NCBI RefSeq assembly: GCF_018350175.1
Contig: NC_058368.1
Location: 237,524,001-237,588,000, forward strand
Source: Felis catus
Lineage: Eukaryota
Direction of reading: 5' to 3'
Length of the DNA: 64,000 nucleotides
In this document: piece after piece, positions 10,151 through 22,193 of the stretch
Layout of the letters: each line of letters opens with the position of its first letter
Numbering within the stretch: position 1 is the stretch's first letter
The notes under the pieces: model-generated
Seen by the model: only the letters and a program-made list of their open reading frames with translations
Databases searched by the model: none
Told to the model about the DNA's origin: nothing
Position numbers and translations under genes: made by a program

Positions 10151-11939
10151 GGGGCAGGGCGCTGGGGGGAGGGCTGAGAGGTGAGGGTCGGATCTGGGGA
10201 GGTGGTGCCCTACCTAACCTTTGGGGGTCAAGGCCTCGTGCATCTGGGGGATGTCCTGGCCCCAAAGCGACCTCAGCTCAGTCCTTCTCGCCATTCACAC
10301 CCCCCGGGGGAGGGGTCTGCACAGCCCCAGACCAGGAAGTGCTGGTCGTCTGGTATGGGATAGGCCAGCCAAGGCCTAGAGACCCCCCCACCCCTGGGCC
10401 CAAGTGCAGGGGGGCACGGGGTGCAGATCAGGTTCCCCGAGGTCGGTGCCCAGCCATGACGTTAGTTTATTTAAATAGGAGGCCCAGACCAGCTCCAGGT
10501 TTATTCTTCCCGACTCTCAAGCAGTGGAAAAACAATTTGTTTTGTAATGATTATATGATCCTCAGCCCCTCAAATAAAAGTGCCCTTGGTGGTCATGGGC
10601 CCAGATACAAACAGGAGTCGCCCACAGGGCCCAGGGTTTGGGAACCTGCTTAGGGGGCAGGGCCTGATTGGGGTGGGGGGAGGGGGAGGTTGAGCCCACG
10701 CCCCGATGGGAGAGAGTGTGTTGACCATTTCTGTGGGGCTGGACTTTTTAAGGCTGTGCCTTCAGAAAGATAAAGCCGGCCTGCCAGGAGGCAGCCCCAC
10801 AAATGAGTTCTATTGTAAACACTGTACTGGGACCTCACCGTGGGAAGTAGAAGCAAAGAACGTATTTAGGTGCGCACCCCTCCTCTCCGGCCCTTTCTGG
10901 TGCAGACAAGGCAGGGAGAGCAGGAAGCAGGCCAACTCCGGGGAGTAGGGAGGGGAGGGATGTGTGACTGTCCGGCCAGGGGGGCACTTTTGGCCTGACT
11001 CTTTGGGCGGGGGAGGGGAAGCCTCCGGCAGAAAACTTCTCAGGTGGAATGGGAAGCAGGATGGCCGTCCATCACCTCCGCGGAAAGGCTGCCGGGGCAC
11101 CTTTACCTGAGCACTGGCGGCTTCAGGGGGGCGTGCTGGGGGCAGGTGCTGGCTGAGACAGTGGGGTCATCCCCTGCAGTGTATTCTGCAGGAGACAGAG
11201 TGCGAGCTCTGTCTGGGGCGGGTGGCCTCCCTCTGGCTCTGGCTGGCCCCGCAGGGGTGCATGCACTCGGGAGGGGGCTGCTGTGGGTCTGGGAACCCCA
11301 GAGGAGACAATGCAGGATGGCGGCCTCCATACTGCCCCAGGGGCGGGGGCAGCCCTCATGACTGTCCCTGTGTGGCTCTTTGAGTGGCTCAAACGGCCCT
11401 TCCCCCAAAGCCCACCTCCTCCAACCGGGAGGCTCTGCAAGGGGGCTCCTTGTTGCCCCCGGCTGGCCCCCGCGTCGCCACCCACCTGCCCTAGCGGGTC
11501 ACTCACAGACCTCACCCCAGCCGGAGGCCCAGTGACGTCCACGGACCCGGGGGACAGACGAGGCCCACACTGTAGGTCTGAATACTGAACGTTTGTAAAT
11601 CGGGCTTGTGAACTGCTCAAGACAATGGGCTTTACCCTTCTATCTGGGGAAATACACCTTCAAATACCAAAATCACAAATATGTGTGAGCATGATTTGCG
11701 TGGAGGTTATGGACCTCATGGGGAGGACCGAATTCATGGTCACTGTGCCGGGCCAGACGCTCTGTTCTGAGGGGCGGCCACCTGTGGATTTGTGATAAAA
11801 TAAAGTCACAAACTGTGTATTTATTCCACTGATCATTTTCTTGTCTTGGGCCAAATTACCCCTCGTAACAAACACGATTTTCATATAATTTGTGTCCTAC
11901 TGACAATATATGATTTAAAAATTAAAAAGTTGATGTATC

Positions 11940-12148
11940 GGGGTGCCTGGGTGGCTCAGTCAGTTAAGAGTCCGGCTCCCGATTTCTGCTCAGGTCATGA
12001 TCTCGAGGTTCCAGTCTGTAAGCCCCGGTCGGGCTCAGGGAGGGGCATGAAGCCTGCTTGGGATCCTCTCTCTCCCTCTCTCTCTGCCCCTCCCCCACTC
12101 ATGGGAGCTCTCTCTCAAAATAAATAAACTTAAAAAAAATAAATAAAA
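11940..12148 (+). mobile_element. Can-SINE (tRNA-derived carnivore SINE), older copy
   Basis: GGGGTGCCTGGGTGGCTCAGTCAGTTAAG head, (CT)n region, A-rich tail. Confidence 0.92.
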
Positions 12149-12912
12149 CGTTGTGTTCCAAGTATACATCTCGATATATTTTCAACAGAAACTGTACAGA
12201 AAACCAGATGCAAGAAGTAAAAATGACCAACTTCGTTTTGTTTTCCAAAAAAAAATTATTTTCTAAAATACTCAAAGCTATCTCTTGAAATTTCAAGGCA
12301 AAATACACATTATAATTTGTAAATATCCAACATTTAAATAAAAAAACTTAAAAAAATACAGCTGCACTGTTTTAATGTTTGAAATGTGATCCCTGATGGG
12401 GAATCTCTGAGGTTGAGGGCCCTGTGGGGGAGGGGAGAGTGTTTTGGGGGGGGGGCTCTGGGCGGACCCTCAGCTCTCCCTGCTTCCCTGGGCCCATCAG
12501 AGGGCAGGTCTGGACTCAACTTGCTGAGCCTCCTTGTCCCCTTCTGCCCAGGGAAGCCACCTGCTTCCCAAGGTATGGGTGGGGGGGGGGGGAGGTCGGG
12601 GGGCAAGGCTGGGCAGGTGCTTTCATCTGAATCAGGGGCTGGACGGCAGTGGGCAGTGGGCCACAGGAGCTTCAGATGGCGTGAGGGGCAGAGGAGACCC
12701 CAGCAGACCCTCACAGGGGGAAGGCGGGTAGAGAAGGGCGGGACAGACAGCGCTGCTAACTTCACGCGCAGGAAGCTGGACCCGTCACCGCTTTCGTCAC
12801 AGGGAAAGTTCCAGCACTTTTAAGGTTACGGAAACATTGCCCAGCGAAGGCGCAGGGTCCCCACGTGCCCTCTGCTCATCGCTCGGCTTCCGCTGCTGTT
12901 TGCATCTTGGTT

Positions 12913-13055
12913 CCCGGTGGTATCCGTGGCACGGCCTGATTGTATATCCGCACTTCATCATTAACTGAAGTCCGGGGCGTACGTGAGGGCTCACTCCTTG
13001 TGTTGCACGTTCTGCGGGTTTGACAAAAGCACAGTGTCACGAGATCCGATTCTAT
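12913..13055 (-). mobile_element. Ancient L1 (L1MC/L1MD-like) 3'-UTR fragment
   Basis: CTCACTCCTTGTGTTGCACGTTCTGCGGGTTTGACAAA resembles the recalled antisense L1MC/MD 3' end. Confidence 0.6.
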
Positions 13056-13471
13056 GGAGACTTCTTCCTGACCTGAGAGGTGTCCCTTCGAATTTTGTGA
13101 GAAATAATAGATACAGTCAATAAATGAGTACAATACAGACAGAATACAATGAACACATGAATGTATATAAACACTCAACGTGAATACATAAATATACATA
13201 AATAACAGAGTTGCTAGATACAATTCAAGACATCCAGTTACATTTGACTTATATATATATGTATATAAACAATGGATACTTCGGCACTATAAGTGTGAAG
13301 AATGTCCCATGTGGTAGTGGGACTAAAATGTTGTTGCTTTTCTGTCCTTTGTCCTTTGCATTTAACTTTTCATTTTATTTTATTTTGTTTTGTTTTATTT
13401 TATTTATTTGCTAAACCTGACAATATTACTTTTGATGAGACACATTAAAAAATATTTGTCCAGTGACACTT

Positions 13472-13513
13472 TTTAAAAAATTTTTTAGTGTTTATTTTTT
13501 GAGAGAGACACAC

Positions 13514-13564
<51 letters not shown>

Positions 13565-13728
13565 GAGGGGCAGACAGAGAGGGAGACACGGAATCCGAAG
13601 CAGGCTCCAGGGTCCGAGCTGTCAGCACAGAGCCCGATGCTGGGCTTGAACTCATGAACCATGAGACCATGACCTGAGCCTCAGTCCGTCACTTAAGGAC
13701 GGAGGCCCCCCCTCCCCGCAGGCGCCCC
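13472..13728 (-). mobile_element. Can-SINE (felid SINEC_Fc-like) with TSD
   Basis: Reverse SINE with a long (GA)n tract, ending CAGGCGCCCC. TSD CCAGTGACACTT at 13460-13471 and 13729-13740. Confidence 0.95.
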
Positions 13729-14211
13729 CCAGTGACACTTCTTTTAAGCCGTGTTTTGCAAGGGAGGAGCGGGAGGGAGGGATCCAAGTGGAGTCCATAC
13801 ACCCACATTTGCTGAGTAGGTGCATGGAGCTGGAGGGGTCAGGTGGCTCTCGTTCAAGCCAGAGCCACCTTCTGGTAAGGTAGGAAGCAGGGGGCTGTGT
13901 CTCTCAACACAATCCGCCAGCAATCCGTTGGACCTCTCCCTTGCTCTGGCCTGCTCTCACCCCTTCCCTTCTCTCTTTTCTGCCATGAAAATCTATTCTC
14001 AAATCACATACTCTTCCCATAAGTAAATACTGCTGTTTAAAAATGGTCACTTTAATTCAGCATAAAATTACTAACGGTCACCATGTCCACGGTGTCTACG
14101 TTCCACGTGAAGTGGCTTCATGTCTTACAGTCCTTAAGCAGAATGGCATTGGAGTCATCTGGAGAGAGAGATTCGGGGTCCGTCGGTTTAGCATGGACAC
14201 AGGCATTGGCA

Positions 14212-14220
14212 TTTTTTAAG

Positions 14221-14251
<31 letters not shown>

Positions 14252-14378
14252 AGAGAGAGAGAGGGAAAATGAATCCCATGTAGGCTCTGCTCTGTCAGCC
14301 CCGATGTGGGGCTCAGTCTCACAAACCATGAGATCATGACCTGAGTCAGAGGCTTAAACGACTGAGCTGCCCAGGCCC
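14212..14378 (-). mobile_element. Can-SINE, internally deleted/diverged
   Basis: TTTATTTATTTTGAGA(GA)n...GAGATCATGACCTGAG...CTGAGCTGCCCAGGC. Confidence 0.88.
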
Positions 14379-16553
14379 GACTATTGGTATTTGTTTAAAA
14401 CGGTGATGGCCTGAGGTTAAGTAAGAAAATGAGAAAATAAGAAATAAAATGCCCTTGGTGGAAATTCAGGCAGCGTTCGGACGGCAGACCCCGAGTGGGG
14501 TGGGACAGAGCTGCGTAGCACGTGTGAAATGACCTCGGGGGTGGATCTGACGTGTGGGGCCCTGCACCCTCTGGAAAGAACCGGGAGTTTCCACAGACCC
14601 CTGAAGTCCTGCAAACATAGCTGTCCCAAGGCGGTGGGGGCTGGGTAGCCTTGCTTGGCCGTCAGTGGGTGGTCAGAAAGCTCTCCAGTTTCCATCAGAG
14701 GCAGGTTAAGTGTCTGCATGTTATAGGTAGTAATCCCCAGTTTTGGAAGCTGGCCTTAGCCCTGACTCGGCCGTGGGCCCACAGACCAGCCTCCATCGCA
14801 CTCCGCAGGAAGGAGGGGCGTTGGCATCCAACCTTGGGCCCGGCCTACGTCTGCAGACTGTTTGATTTACAAGGTTGCGCGTCCTGGCTTCCGCGAGCAC
14901 CGACATTCAGACGTTCACGAAAGCAACCGGCCAGGGATTTGCTGGATTTGCACTGACCTGAAATCTACACGGTGGATATGTGGGGGCCCCCAGTGTCCGC
15001 AGCCGGGGAAGGCAAGAAACGATACGATGTTATCAAAGCGAGACCTCCAGTCTCCAGGCGTTTCCCGCAGATGGGGAGCCCCGCTCCCGGCACACGCCTG
15101 CTCAAGCCGCATCCAGACCGGTGCCCGTTGGATCGCCAGGCTGTTGGTGGGGGATCGGAGTCCCTTTAAAGTTCCCACTTTTCAAATCAACTGTAACTGA
15201 AAGCAGGAGATGGTTTTCAATAACGTCTTGTTGGATTTCATTGTGTTGCTCTACGGTCCCACCGATGAATCTCGATGTGTTATCAATAAGCCCATTCAAA
15301 TCCACCGTAAGCCTGCAGGGGACGTGGAGTCTCCTGCTGGCTCCGGAGGCTGTCGATCCCTGTGCACCCGCGAGTGTTTGTCTCCATCCCACGGAACTCG
15401 GGTCTTCGTCCGTGGACTTCTGTCTGCCCGCACCGCCCAGAGCAGGCCGCCTGTGTCCGGCACTCGGCACCGTTCCCCGCTCTGTGTTGTACGTCTGTGG
15501 ATGGACATCAGAGGTTTTCAAAAAGAATGTGACTTTCCAATAGGAATTTATGCTCTGAGCAGAGAGAACGGAAGACACGTGATGATTGAAAAAGCGAAGC
15601 CCCATGGTCTGCCTCGTCTACCTTGCTTCCGGGCTCCTCTCTTCTGCCCACCACCGCCTTCTCTTCGGCCCTTAATCTCCCCTCTGCCCACAACGGCATC
15701 CCCACACTAGATCCCTGCCTCAGGCCCCCTTCTCGCCATGCCCTTCCACACGAACCTCCAAAATATCTTAAATAGATCGCAGACCTCAACTCGCCTGATC
15801 CAGGCCTTCGCCAACAGGACCTGGGGCTCACCGGCCTTCCACACGGTCCCCCAACCGCTTCCCTTGCCTGTTCACGTTGGCAAACACATCTTTGTGCTGG
15901 TGCTTCCCACGGACGGCCAGCTGCAGGGATCCCGTGCAGACAGCTGTCTGCTGGGGCCTTGTGTAGACCGTTAGCTGCAAGAAGTTTGTGTAGACAGTCA
16001 GATGCAGGGGGCTGTAAGGACAGGGGCCTCTATGGACAGAATCCCGTTCACCCTCTTCAACGAGTTAGGACCCTGTTCGCGGAGTGCAGTCTGACTTATA
16101 TGCAGACGGTTAGGACTTATTTTAAGTTTGTGCCCTCATCAAACACTTGTTAGATGATCGTGATGCCTTGAAAAGCCGCAGACGGGTTAAAAGATGTGTG
16201 TGGTTTGGAGCAGGAGGGCGTTTCATCAGGGAGGGGAGAGAGGGTCTCTGCACAGGTGGATCTCGTGCAGCCGCTTGCTGGCAGCTTGTGACCCTGTCAC
16301 CTCGTCCTCGCTCTTGGCTGTGCAGGAAGTGAGCGAAATGGTACCTTCGCACGTTTGCTTAACGGAAGCTTCCGGTAAACGTCTCTGCAAGACGGGCTGA
16401 ACCCTTTTTAGGTACAAACGCCCCGGGAACTCAAGTTAGGCTGGCAAGTTTACTTTCTGTGTCACCGAGCTCTTCACTGCCACCGAGTAAGCGATGGCTT
16501 CTTAGCAGTGACGTCGGCTCCGTTCATAATTCTGTTTGCAAGTACCTTCTGTA

Positions 16554-16862
16554 CAGGCAGACCCGACTTGATGCACCTTTCATAAACGGATGTTTTGTGG
16601 CGACACGGCGTGGAGCGGGTCTCTGGGCCCCTTTCCTCCCACAGCATCTGCTCACTCTGTGTCTCTGTGTCACATTTAGGTGAGTTTTGCAATATCTGAA
16701 TGACGGACACTTGGTTGGCCTTCTATCTGTCTCGGTGGTTGTGCTCAGAGGTCTTTGACGTTGCTGTTGTAATCGTTTGGGGTCCGTGGTCCACCTGGTG
16801 TCCTCACATCCGGTGTCTCATTTAAACATTGGGTCTCCCTGGGTCCATGTGACTCTCCTCAC
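16554..16862 (+). mobile_element. Tigger1-like (TcMar) DNA transposon 5' fragment
   Basis: Starts TA|CAGGCAGACC (TA target plus TIR-like start). CAGCATCTGCTCACTCTGTGTCTCTGTGTCACATTT and TCTTTGACGTTGCTGTTGTAATCGTTTGGGG match the recalled Tigger1 5' region. Confidence 0.75.
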
Positions 16863-17542
16863 GTGTTGTGCCGGAGGGGCTGAAGCTCTTGGTGATTTCG
16901 GGACCCAGAGCGAATTATAGACGTGGAAGCTGCCAGCATCGACTTCGCGATTCTTCTGTGTGCCTTCTGTGGACTCCCTCAAGCAAACCTCCCTACAGCA
17001 CAACCTGAGAGCCACGGTCATCGTCTCCCTTCCACGTGAGAAGACTTGTTGCAAGTTCCGGGGACTTGTACTCTGCCCAAAATAACCCAGGCCAAGGAAT
17101 GTGCTCTGGACCCCACACTGGGTCCCTCCATGGCTGTGGCCAGTCTCCCTGGCCCCGTCTCCACCCAGACCCTGCTCCTCCAGGCCGACTCATCCTTCTC
17201 TGCACCCCATGCCGTCCTCACCCGTCCCCGGCTGTCCCTGCTGCAAAGTGGCTTCTGTGCAAGTGAAGGTTAAGTTTCCCGGAATAGGCCAAGCATGGAG
17301 CTGCGGCTTGTGCAAACATCCTCTAACATACTCTCTTCTAAGGAGCCAAGTGCCAGCTTCTAGCTGACTCACGGACCCGAGGACATGGCCGGGCTTGCTG
17401 CGTTATGCAGAACCGAGGGCACAGCTACAGAAGCGCATCCCGTCTATCAAATCCTTCTTTTTGAGCTCTCTTGATTTACACATTAGGTGAGGTCGCTTCA
17501 CCCTTCATAATCACACACAGCATCTTTGCCTGTGTGTCTGGT

Positions 17543-17574
<32 letters not shown>
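17543..17574. repeat. (CA)n microsatellite
   Basis: Direct inspection. Confidence 0.95.
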
Positions 17575-17576
<2 letters not shown>

Positions 17577-19436
17577 CGAGGTCCCGAATAGCACGACGCT
17601 GTCCTAGTTGTACTCCGAGCCTCATCCCCTCCGAGTTCCGCTTCTCCCGCACAATCTGATTTTGGGGCAGGAGCCTTACTTCGTGTGGATTAACAACCCT
17701 TACGAAGATGTATCAAGGTGACCATGTATTTCGGGAATATTGGGGACTGTCACTCATCGCCAGTCAGCGAGGCTCTGGACGGCACCTCCTGCCTGGACAG
17801 AATGGCCAGGTCCGTGTGGAGCTCGCCTTTCCTTTTCGCTAGGCTCTCCCCGTCCCGTATACCTGGAGCTGGGCAGGAAGTGTGCAAAGGCCAAGTTTCA
17901 AGGGACACACATGTCCAGGTTTGGATACAGATGAGTATATTAGGTCTGGGATGAAGTGAAGGCTTGAGGGTCAACGGGCGAGCTGGTTCTGGCTCGATGC
18001 TGAGCACCGCGAAGGGTCCTTCTCAAGCGCGTCCTCCTGGTGATGTGCCCACCTCCTGTCCTCTTCTTGTGTGACCTCGTCGTCCTGCTCGCTGGCCTCT
18101 CCGGGGGGTCCTCACCGAGCCGGCCCCTCGCCGGCCCCTCGTGGTATCCCTTGGCCTCCATGGATCCCCGTGGTGGCCAGTGGGTGGGTGCGAGTGGACG
18201 TTCCCGCAGGGAGTCCCAGGAAGGACCGTCCACGGACCAGCTGCGTGGCCCCGCTCTTGGCATAGTGACACCCAGGTGCATTCTCAAGGAGTAATTGTTA
18301 CGTGTTTTGAAGTCCACGTTTATGTTTATTGAGTATTATAAGCAGTCCACATACATCTACTGAGTATCTTGTGACCCGAGAAGGTGTGGGCAGAGCACAA
18401 CGTGTGTGGTGTCGGGCCGCCTGCCTTCCAGCTCCAGCGGGCCGCTTCCTGACCCTCCCCGACCTTACCTGTGTCAGGTGCGCAAGCAGAGGCTCGAGCA
18501 AGCCCTTCCCGAGGATGTGTCCACACAGAAGCCCCTTAATTCGGCTCCTTTTTTGGATCAGCTGCTGGACGATTCTACGGAACTTAAAAGATATCAGACA
18601 GCGTACAAATTAATTTATTATCTGGAAGGACCGTGTGTTTTCGCCGCAGACTCCTAACTGCAAAGTGAGCATCGTGGTAACAAAAGGAAGATTATTTTCT
18701 TTCAAAAAGGTTATGTTTAAATCGGAGCCCACACGAGGCAGACAGGAATCAAGAGATTTTACATTACCGTGGAAAATCATTTAATAGATTATTCAATTTC
18801 TTGAACATCATTAACTATCGAGCTACTTACAGAATTTTTTTATTAGAGGAATAAGTTAGAACGGTTTCTAAACCTTCTAGGCCGCCAGTGGCCGTTGTGA
18901 GCACCGTCCGCGAAGGTGATTTCAAACCTGAAAAGGGAATTTTGGAAAGGACAACGATGTGGCCTCCAGCAGAGGCGGTATGTTCCCCTGAGGGCGGGAA
19001 GGAAGGAGGAGAGAGACTGAGAAAGACCTCATAACGCTCACAGGAAAGACTGAGTTGGCTCCATTGGTTTAGGACTCTGGTTGGTAGAACACAGCGGCAG
19101 AGAGTTTGCTCCTCTGTGCAAGGTGGGCCCCTGAGCTTCTGTGCTCCTGTTTTAGGCAGGACGTGTCCCGAATTCGTGCAGGCGTGGGCTCACAGAAGAT
19201 GCTACGTGCAGAGGGTCTGCAACGTACGACAGGACCTCGGCGTGTTAGATTTAGTCGGATTGTGTGTTTGTGTCTCTTTCTGTGTGTTTCCTGTAAGAGG
19301 TCGCCTGGGGTTTCTGACCCGAAACCCTTATCCAAATGGCTCTCGGGACTTCGCAGACACCCCCTTAGTACGCATCACTGGCTGGGAGATTCAGGAAAGC
19401 AGAAGGCAACATCGTCCGTGTGTTCCAGAAGGCACA

Positions 19437-19716
19437 CCAGAGACAGCATGGTTTCTCCGGTGTCCCCCCTGGCTGTCACGGAGCTGGGGGGACCCAGAAA
19501 CAACATGGTTTCTCCGGCATCTCCCGGGGTGTCACGGAGCTGGGGGACCCAGAGACCACGTGGTTTTTCCGGGGTCCCCCCTGGCTGTCACAGAGCTTGG
19601 GAGACCCAGAGATGACATGGTTTCTCCAGCGTCCCCCGTGGCTGTCACGGAGCTGGGGGGACCCAGAGACGACGTGGTTTTTCCGGGGTCCCCCATGGCT
19701 GTCACGGAGCTGGGGA
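19437..19716. repeat. Minisatellite, ~57-bp unit x 5
   Basis: Unit CCAGAGAC..TGGTTT.TCC...GGCTGTCACGGAGCTGGGGG starts at 19437, 19494, 19549, 19606 and 19663. Confidence 0.95.
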
Positions 19717-21770
19717 GAAGTGCATTGCCCAGACCACAGTCCAGAGTGAAGGATAGAGTGGCAGGATATACTGCACTCTCTGAACCCAGATCCCAGGTTT
19801 CCTTCTTTAAGAATAATCCCCCCCTCCCCATTTTTTTCAGATTGAAGCATCTCATGATGCTGTTTGGGAGAAAAAAAGTCAAAAGTGATTAAGGTGACGA
19901 CCTGCCATCTCTCAAACGCTCGCTGGCTTTGAGCCGTGCTGGAGAGAGGAGAGCTTCACATGTGGACAAACTATTTCTGCTGCACTTGGGAGTCATGAAA
20001 TATATTGAAAGACATTTAAAAATACCTTTGCCTGGATCGTGGGATGATGGCAGCTGGGTAGGGAAGAGTTTAGTATGCTTCCAGTGAAAGTTCTTTATTG
20101 GAAAAGCTGACAGGTGCTCCATTTGTATGAGAAAAACCAGCCATTGTTATCCTAACCCCTCAGAATGCTTAACACCCTGCTTGTCAGAAGCATATAGATC
20201 ATGGTTCTGTTTGAGCAGTATTGTTCAAAATTTCTATTAATAATTCCTCACAAGCACTTCACCAGTGACTAAAATGACCTTGGATTTTACAAATGGAAGA
20301 TGTTCCCAGCCACATCCAGGGGTGAGAAGTAGGCAGGCGGCCCCGATGGGCTCCTACCCTTTTGCATCATTTGCGTGCCTTTTCTTAGGCAATTTTCAGT
20401 TCAAAGTCTTATTTTAATTTCCCTTGGGGATGCCATTTCATGGGTGTGAGCTTAGATTTAAAAAAAACTTCCTGTTTTTTTTTTTTTCCTTTCCCCCCAC
20501 TCTGACCTCATGGAAACATAGAGCTAATGAGGCCGGGGTTGTATGTTTGGTTTGACTCTTGGGGTGAGCTGAGCACAGGTAACTCCTCTCAACTCAGAGG
20601 TCTAGGCGACCTCGCAGGATTTGCAGACAGTTCAGAGGGCCCAAGATCCTGCCGACTCTCCTCTGTGGGTGAGGGGCTGCCCTGCTGGTGGGGAGGTGAG
20701 TGTGGACGGTCGAACCCACCTCAGGAACACAGAACTCCCCACGGGACTCTACTGTGTGGCCTTGACCTTGCCCACGTCAGCATGTCCCCTAATTCAGCTC
20801 TCGTTGTTACATTCTTCCTGTGTTCCGAGGGCTAGGTCGGGCAATTTGACCCAGACACGTTTTCCATTTAATCCACAGGACGAGACTTGGGAAGGAGAAT
20901 CAATGCGATCTCTTCTAGATCTAAGAGTTTGTGATCTCAAGGTTCTCTGGGTTGAGTTGGGGTCTTTTTGTACTTAGCAAGAGCTCCTTGAACCAAGGGA
21001 GTCTCATACAAAGTTCACTGATACTTATTTGGTTGGTTAGGTTTAAATCACTTAAAAGCCCAAGTCATGGGTTCAATTCCATAATGACTCAGTCCGTAGT
21101 GGTGGTTAGAAACTGCCTTAGAAATACAGCCCAATGTCTCTTGGAAACATGCTTCTTGATACAAGACAGAGCGTGGCTTCAGGAAGTCAAGTACCCGCCC
21201 CGTGCAGAAAGGACTATGGACAGAAACTTCTCACCGTGGAGCGTGGTGACAGGTTCGAGACTACGTAAACATTGCAAGACGCTCTGAGTATCGTAGCTTT
21301 ATTTTCAAGGTGGGGGTTGGGGTCCACAGCGGGTCATAAGATCAATGAGCAGTTTCCTCTGAGCAAAATAGAATAGAAAAGGTAGTCGGGTAGAGACAAA
21401 GGCCTTGTGTACTTGTTCAGGTGTGTGTGCACGTGCGCGTAGATGTAAAAATCCCGCTCTTGGGGAGGATTGAGGTTGAGACTGAGAGCCCCCAGTGTCG
21501 CCCGTAAGCAGTAGGTTGTTCACGCTTCTCTGAAAGGTGGTTAGAATCTTAGATTCATTCTAAGAGGGACGCTTGGCTTGTGCGGGGCTTGTGCAGAGAC
21601 CAGCACGACCCTGGCCGTTCCCCATTTCCGCCCCGGGACAGGAGGCAGAGGCAATGCCTGACCGTCGGTGAAGCCGGTGAAGTTAGTGCAGCGGCAGTCA
21701 GGTGAGGGAATCCGGGCCGCTGTGACCGGCTGCCAGCTTTGGAAGCATCGGGTGTGTGTAAACTGGGGTC

Positions 21771-21974
21771 TTTTTTTTTTTTTTAATGTTTATTTATTTT
21801 CAGGAGAGCACAAGCCAGGGAGGAGCAGGGAGAGGAGGAGACACAGACTCCGAAGCAGGCTCCAGGCCTTGAGCTGGCAGCACGGAGCCGGACTCGGGGC
21901 TCGAACTCACAGACCGCGAGATCATGACCTGAGCCAAAGTCCGACGCTTAACCTACTGAGCCACCCAGGTGCCC
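21771..21974 (-). mobile_element. Can-SINE (SINEC_Fc-like), first of a tandem pair
   Basis: Poly-T...GAGATCATGACCTGAGCC...CTGAGCCACCCAGGTGCCC. Confidence 0.93.
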
Positions 21975-21981
21975 TCAACAC

Positions 21982-22193
21982 TTTTTTTTTTTTTAACATT
22001 CATTTATTTTTGAGAAAGAAACAGAGTGCGAGTGGGGGAGGGGCAGAGAGAGAGGGAGACACAGAATCCAAAGCCGGCTCCAGGCTCCGAGCTGTCAGCA
22101 CACAGCCCGACGCGGGACTCGAACTCACGAACTGTGAGATCATGACCTGAGCTGAGTTCCGACGCTTAACTGGCTGAACCCCCCAGGCGCCCC
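21982..22193 (-). mobile_element. Can-SINE (SINEC_Fc-like), second of a tandem pair
   Basis: Poly-T...CAGGCTCCGAGCTGTCAGCAC...CCCAGGCGCCCC. Confidence 0.94.

Noticed and set aside
14860..15710. Possible processed pseudogene or coding exon among overlapping ORFs
   Set aside because: I recognise no protein similarity, poly-A tail or TSD. BLASTX would be needed to exclude it.
18960..18980. CTCF-like CCAGCAGAGGCGG
   Set aside because: It is one G short of the consensus core, and such near-matches are common in GC-rich DNA.
19106..19892. Overlapping ORFs up to 258 aa
   Set aside because: They are driven by the 57-bp minisatellite.
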